A DNA stretch of 62,684 nt, the filler included, from Aduncisulcus paluster (Eukaryota): assembly GCA_024181965.1 (NCBI GenBank). It is 5 parts of 5 records of this genome, joined end to end, with 100 filler letters (N's around TTAATTAATTAA, not from the genome) between each part and the next. Parts side by side here need not be neighbours in the genome. Positions count along the whole stretch, not along the records: positions 56,815 to 62,684 come from BQXS01010964.1; 4 more parts are not named here. One strand, given 5' to 3'. Numbering within the stretch: the first letter of the stretch is position 1; each line of letters opens with the position of its first letter. The notes beneath the pieces were generated by a model that ran no database searches, was not told the DNA's origin, and saw only the letters and a list, made by a program, of their open reading frames with translations. Shown here in pieces: positions 56,715 through 62,684 of this stretch. The translations under genes and the position numbers were made by a program.

Positions 56715-56814
56715 NNNNNNNNNNNNNNNNNNNNNNNNNNNNNNNNNNNNNNNNNNNNTTAATTAATTAANNNNNNNNNNNNNNNNNNNNNNNNNNNNNN
56801 NNNNNNNNNNNNNN
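56715..56814. other. Artificial contig linker
   Basis: Same N/TTAATTAATTAA linker. Confidence 0.97.
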
Positions 56815-57903
56815 TATTGGATTATTATCTTTTTGTAAAGGGGTGTAACATTGACATTTCCTACAAAATAATGAAGATATATTAAAATTATTATTATTTG
56901 TTCCATGTTTGCATTCTTTTCTCTCAAGAAATGGCTCAAAAAAGATATCTGAAATTAGTTTTGAATCCATTCCAAAAAAGTATAATAGCCGAATAATATC
57001 CCAATTCTTACATAGCTTAAATATACACATGTACATGCAACACGAAACAGCCAGACACATTCTTCGTGATGAACAAAAGATGATAGAAGAAGAGAAAGAA
57101 GAGGAAGAAGAGGAAGAAGAGGGAGAAGAGAAAGAAGAGAAAGAAGAGGAAGAGGAGGAAGAAGTGGAAGAGGAGGAGGAAGAGGAAGAGGAAGGAATGA
57201 GGATTGGAAGAAGGCAAAGTAAGACAAAAGGAGCAAAGAGAGGGGAAGAGAATAGGAAAGAACGGAGGAAAAGTACAAGTTCTTCGAAAGAAGGAGATGA
57301 GAGAGGGAAAACAGGACGAGAAAAGGGGGAGATCATTTCAGAGGGTAATATTCCTTGCTTTATGTTACTATTCGTATGAGCATTAGCTTTAATCGATTGT
57401 GGAGCTTTTTTCGATTGCATTTCTTCTTCTTCTTCATCTTCTTTTTTCTTTCCAAATCCAATTTTGGAGTTCAATTTGTTGTTAGATTCGTCATGAACTT
57501 TCTCATGTTTATAAATAGATTTGTCCAAAGTCGAACGTTTTGATTGCCCAAAGGTCTTTAAATAAAGACTATTAAGTTGTGAACTAAGATCATCACATGC
57601 AACAGATATTGAATATGCTAAATGTTCTATTAATAGAGGTGAGAAAGAAAGAGAAGGAGAAGTAATAGAAGAAGGAGATGGCGGTTTAATGAGGTAAAAC
57701 CCTGTTTCCATCAATGAATCTATATTTAGACTTGAAGATGAGAAAATATCTTTCCTTTCAGAAGAAAATCGAGGAGAACTGGAAGAAAAATGTTGAGAAG
57801 TGTATAATTCTGTGAGGAAACTCTTCATATAAGCATCCCAAGGCTTACTTAACGCACAAGGAACACACACTGAATACTTTGATAACATTCGAGTGGAAGA
57901 AGA

Positions 57904-57948
<45 letters not shown>

Positions 57949-58748
57949 GGAAGAGGAAGAGGAAGAGGAAGATTCTTTCGAGGGGAATAAGGAAACCCTT
58001 GAAAGTCGAAGACTATGTTTCTGCATAGAGTTTAAGGGGGAATTGCTTGGCTTGGAATTATTTAAATTGTTACAATAATAACTATCACATTGACTTGTAT
58101 TAAGATACACAGTACAGGGGGTTATCACTGAAGACAAAGTCATTATTGAAGATATATATTCAAATATAGAGGGAATACTTTCACTCTTTCTCATTTGTTC
58201 TAAAAATAGACCTCCTTTGCTTTCCACCTCATTTTCCATTCTTCTTCTATGATATCTATTTTTAGATTTGTATTGAGAAGAAATATATAATTCTTGAGCA
58301 TTTTTAGCTAAGAAATTTGAGAGATCACCATTTTGTCCGAGCATTTCTATGTTTTGAGCGTGTATCTTAGATAATAACATTAATCTGGGCGAATAAGGAT
58401 TGAATAAAAATGGTATTGTTTGTTTTTCTTTTTCTTCCATTCCTCTTTCCTCTCTTCTATTCTTTCTATTCTTTCTTCTGTCAATAGCAGGAAGAATGAA
58501 ATGTTTATAAATTACAGTATAGAACAAAGGATTATAAATATTAAAAGTTGCCATCATCCACTTTCTTTTCTCTTCTTCTCCTTTCTCTTCTTCTTCCTTC
58601 TTTTCTTTATCTTTTTGGAAATGTTTTCCCATCAATTTCTTATGAATCCAATCAACTAAAACAGAGTTCATAATAGATTCCTGTTTCTTCTGTACTCTCA
58701 AAATTGTTCCAATTATCGAATTTAAAGCTAAAGTAGAGGAATTTGAGA

Positions 58749-58791
<43 letters not shown>

Positions 58792-59042
58792 GGAAGAAGA
58801 AGAAGAGGAGCCTTGTAACATACTACTAAGTTCGTCAATAACAACACAAAGGGATGTTATATTCTTTGAGAATCTATTTTTAGCTCCAAGATGAGAAGAT
58901 GCGCAAGATTGATATCGTTTTAAAATGAAAGGTAGGGCTATATCAACGGTGCAAACAAATATTCTTCCTTTTCTCTCCTTCTTCATGGTCTTTTTTTGCT
59001 CTATGGTTGGATTTGTAGATGGATTAAGTAATAAATTTAGAA

Positions 59043-59074
<32 letters not shown>

Positions 59075-60837
59075 AGAGAAATAATTCTCACAATAATTAT
59101 ACAAAAGTTCATGAATACTTTCTCCTCTCTCTTCTTCTCCTCTCTCTTCTTCTCCTCTCTCTTCTTCTCCTCTCTCTTCTTCCTCCTCTCCTCGATGCCA
59201 CAAAGAACAATCATTAATTTTAATAATATCTGAATTACAGAGTCCAATAACATTGATTTTAGATATGTCACAACTCTGAGATCTCTGAGAGAGAGAGAAG
59301 ATTCATACATGTGTCCAAGTCTCTTAAGAGCTCTTTGAAGGAAAGTTACACGATCGTAGAGAAGTGGATATGATGTCACAATCAATAAAACATCATATGA
59401 GTTGCAGAGCAAAGGTAAAATGGATGATAAGAGGGGAGAAGAAGAGAGAGGAGAAGAAGAGGGATGAAACTTAAATTGATTTGATGACACAGAATGGTTG
59501 TTATTGTTCGTCCCACCATTGAGATTAAAAATACGATCATAATTCCACTCTGTGGTGTCAAATGATATTATATTTTTATAGAATAAAGATGAATTAAATA
59601 TATTTCTGAGATATTCCCCAATGTCAAGTGGAATAGTAGATTTTGTTGATGTTTTTAAAAGTGAGAATAAATGAGGATAAAAATAGATATCCGATGTTTT
59701 GATGAAAGATAAAGAAGAAGAAAGTATATTATATTTTCTATGGTGATTATAACGATCCCTGAGATATTGAGAGAAGCATGAAGAAACACATTCTCCCTTT
59801 TCCTCCTCTCTCTCTTCTTCTCTCTCTTCTTTTGTCTCTTCTTTTGTCTCTTCTTTTGTCTCGTTTGCAATGAAAGCTTGATATTCTTTGTGATCTTGAT
59901 ATTCTTTGTGATCTTGATTGCTTTCCCATTGAAACAGACACATTTTCGAAGTCAATTGTTGGGAGAAACAACAACATTCGGAATCACTCTGTTGTTCGCT
60001 TTTGGGCCTATCTTTGACGTCCAGATGCTGTGCTGTTGGGCTAATTGAATCTACCAGAAGAATAATATCACAGGGATAACAATAACCATATTCTTCTTGT
60101 CGAAAAGATGGATCACCATTGATAATCTCGCTTAAAAATGATGGAATCGAATCAAATTGAATTGGATCCGGCTCGAAAGTTTGTTGACGAGAAAGGAGAG
60201 CAGAGGAAGAAGGAACTTTAGGAGGAGCTTCCTGAAGTTGCTTTGAGCCATTGAAAGAGGACAACTGTTCTTGCGTTTGAGAGAATCTATCCAATGAATC
60301 AAAGTATGAATTAAAGTTGACATTTTCATTCTCTTTTTCGACCAAACCATCCCTTTTATCCAAAATTTCAGAGGCAGAAAACTCATCGGAAGACAAATCA
60401 TGGAAAATCGTACTGGAAGAGAAAAAATTCATTTGAGGTCCGATATCATCCATTCTAGCCTCTATATCAGCACCTATATGAATTGATTCTTGAATAACTG
60501 CAGATTTTATGAGTCTAGATCGGTGCAATATTGCAGTTTCATCTTCCAAATGCATACATTCTTCAATAAAGGAATTAAATGGATGTGGCAAAGTTCCATC
60601 GAGAAATTGAGTTGCATAATAACAAACAGGCGCTGTAGCTGGCGGCTTTTCAAGCTTAGAGGTTTCGGGAAGAATATTTATAAAATCAAAGTGTGGATTA
60701 TGGGGAAGAGGAATTTCTTTAGGCTGTAATTTTATATATAATTGATCAATTGATCGTGTTTTTGCCTCTATCTTCAAGGGTTTCGGCTGAAATTGCATAA
60801 TCTTATGCCGTTTTGACTTGGAGCGTTCAGAATCCAT
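56815..60837 (-). CDS. Large hypothetical low-complexity protein (poly-Ser, KKREE, QDHKEY repeats), truncated at contig end
   Basis: About 4 kb of open frame from ATG 60837 (MDSERSK...); no family recognised. Confidence 0.7.
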
Positions 60838-61122
60838 ATAAATAATCACTAATTATCTTATTCTAAATTATTGGATACTTAAAAATAAAAACAACATGCA
60901 ATAAGGAAATCAAATCTCTCGAGAAGCCAAGAAAAAGATGAATTCATTGGCTGGAATAATTGCTTCAATACGAAATGTATTTTTTCTTCTATTTTCAAGT
61001 TTAATGTCACAAATAAAATTCAAATTACAGTTCTATTGTTTTCATATTGGCGTGTTTCTCTAATAATCATAGTTTTGTGCACGAGTCAGTGGTATCTTTC
61101 TTAAATCTGTTATGATTTATTT

Positions 61123-62361
61123 ATGTTAAGTGATTCAAGCTTCACTTTTCTCGAGGCTGTTCTGAAATATTATGGTATTTATTATGTTACAGCTTCTGAT
61201 TTGAAATCATTCCCAACCAAACGAGGAAACTCCTTTTTAATGTTATCCCTTATTCATGATATCTTGGTATTGTATCTATGTTGTCATTTTAATCCTGAGC
61301 AATGCAAGAAGCTTCTTCTACAAACTCGAGTTCATTATCTCACGGAAATAGATAAAGAATCGGACGATGGAGTTGATCATGTCTATTCATCCGAAGTCTT
61401 ATCGTCCAGAGATCTTGGCATTCGTTTTGCTTCCCATCCATGTGTCTCTTCTGTTGTTTTCCCAAGTTTGCTCCGTCTATACCGTTCGACTCGGAAAGAA
61501 TCCATTCCACATGATTATGTTATCATATTTAGTGAGTTAGAGCTCCATGAGAAAAGATATGTCAATGGTCTTCGTAATCCACAGTTTACTCCTTTGAAAG
61601 TCTTTTCTCCTGCGTTTTTCTATTCCATATTATTGTATACGATTAGAAAAAGTCGTATTATCTCGACATATCTCAATTCTACTATTACTGCGATCGACAT
61701 TGAGCGCTTGTACATTGATTATTCTCTTGGATGTCGAACACTACCCCACAATCATCAATCATCCGACTCTTGCTCTGCTTCTTCCTCATCGAAAACAAGA
61801 ATGCCGGAAACAACTCTTGGCTCAGCTCTCTTCCACTTGCACTCGCTTCTCTCGTCGTTGTCATCTGATGTCGCCGAAATAGATTCCCTTTTCCCGTTAC
61901 ATCTCTCCTCTCTCTGTTCTGTTTCTCAGAAAACAGGAGGAATGACTCCGAGGGAATTTCTCCTTACAGAGAAAGAGCTGAGGGTGTTGATCGGCCATTC
62001 TAAGCTCATAAGCAAGGATATTCTTGGCCATCCATCAATTATTGCAACTATCCAGGCAAGGACTCTTATTCGTGAGCTTGGAGGAGAATTTATTGAGACC
62101 CCCCCCACGGCCGACGGCATTTCCAAATCAGATTCTTCTCCTTCTTCTCCTGCATATAAAATTCCACACATATGTACAGTTTCTCCAATTCGAATAATCA
62201 AAACAAAGCCATCAGTCGAAAACAAGAATGCCGGAAATGAGATATATCATAAATCTATAATAGAACAACAAATTGTGGAAAAGAAATTTAAAGAATGGCG
62301 TAAAGACTTGGGGAAAACTGAAGAAGCAATTGAAAGATTATTTTTCGTAAAATTGCAATAA
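61123..62361 (+). CDS. Hypothetical protein; 5' end uncertain (possible upstream exons from ATG 60938)
   Basis: 412-aa ORF; GTATTT and GTATCT donor-like sites upstream. Confidence 0.65.
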   Translation: MLSDSSFTFLEAVLKYYGIYYVTASDLKSFPTKRGNSFLMLSLIHDILVLYLCCHFNPEQCKKLLLQTRVHYLTEIDKESDDGVDHVYSSEVLSSRDLGIRFASHPCVSSVVFPSLLRLYRSTRKESIPHDYVIIFSELELHEKRYVNGLRNPQFTPLKVFSPAFFYSILLYTIRKSRIISTYLNSTITAIDIERLYIDYSLGCRTLPHNHQSSDSCSASSSSKTRMPETTLGSALFHLHSLLSSLSSDVAEIDSLFPLHLSSLCSVSQKTGGMTPREFLLTEKELRVLIGHSKLISKDILGHPSIIATIQARTLIRELGGEFIETPPTADGISKSDSSPSSPAYKIPHICTVSPIRIIKTKPSVENKNAGNEIYHKSIIEQQIVEKKFKEWRKDLGKTEEAIERLFFVKLQ

Positions 62362-62684
62362 AAAACTCAAGGCGAAGATCAGCAGAGCTAATCGAAGAAA
62401 TTCAAAGGAAATATAAGGAATAAATAGTTTTTCGGTAATTGTGATTCAGGATGAGGTCAAACAACAGCATAAACAACCAAAACAACACCAGAAAAACAAC
62501 CTGGGACAAGGCAATGGATATTCGTCAGGGAGTGGATGATATTCACGGATTATAACAACAGCTTGGAGTCATGAGGGAAGAACTTTATAATTCAAATAGG
62601 GATGACAAATGTCGGGAGTCAGGAAGACGATGGATAACACTTATCCGATAACTTATCCAACATTTGAAACATAAAGGACTAATA

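Noticed and set aside
60938-61130. Two tiny introns (23 and 39 nt) extending the 61123 ORF to ATG 60938
   Set aside because: Frame-compatible, but with no homology support and weaker signals than the other introns; left as uncertain.

Overview
AT-rich, gene-dense, intron-poor eukaryotic (protist) DNA read in the standard genetic code. The window is five contigs joined by artificial 100-nt N/TTAATTAATTAA linkers (20728-20827, 38466-38565, 51376-51475, 56715-56814), so adjacency across linkers is meaningless. Gene content, GTATGT-type introns and the repeat-domain family at 39.1 kb suggest a free-living Carpediemonas-like fornicate such as Aduncisulcus (inference from recognition, not a search). 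Recognisable genes: two giant internalin-like LRR/Cys-rich surface proteins (one absent from the ORF track), a RING-H2 protein, PARG, a 3-exon RPB10 missed by the ORF track, ABCE1/RLI1, an M3A oligopeptidase, a REX1-like DEDDh exonuclease, a p25alpha-like protein, tRNA-Leu(AAG), a spliced FHA-like/tandem-BRCT protein, an ankyrin protein, and a chromodomain-bearing Ty3/gypsy retrotransposon lacking its integrase core. The most striking observations are a probable AT-AC intron with U2-type signals in RPB10, and intergenic chains of abutting short palindromes that each have a single central base (30585-30657, 40373-40464).
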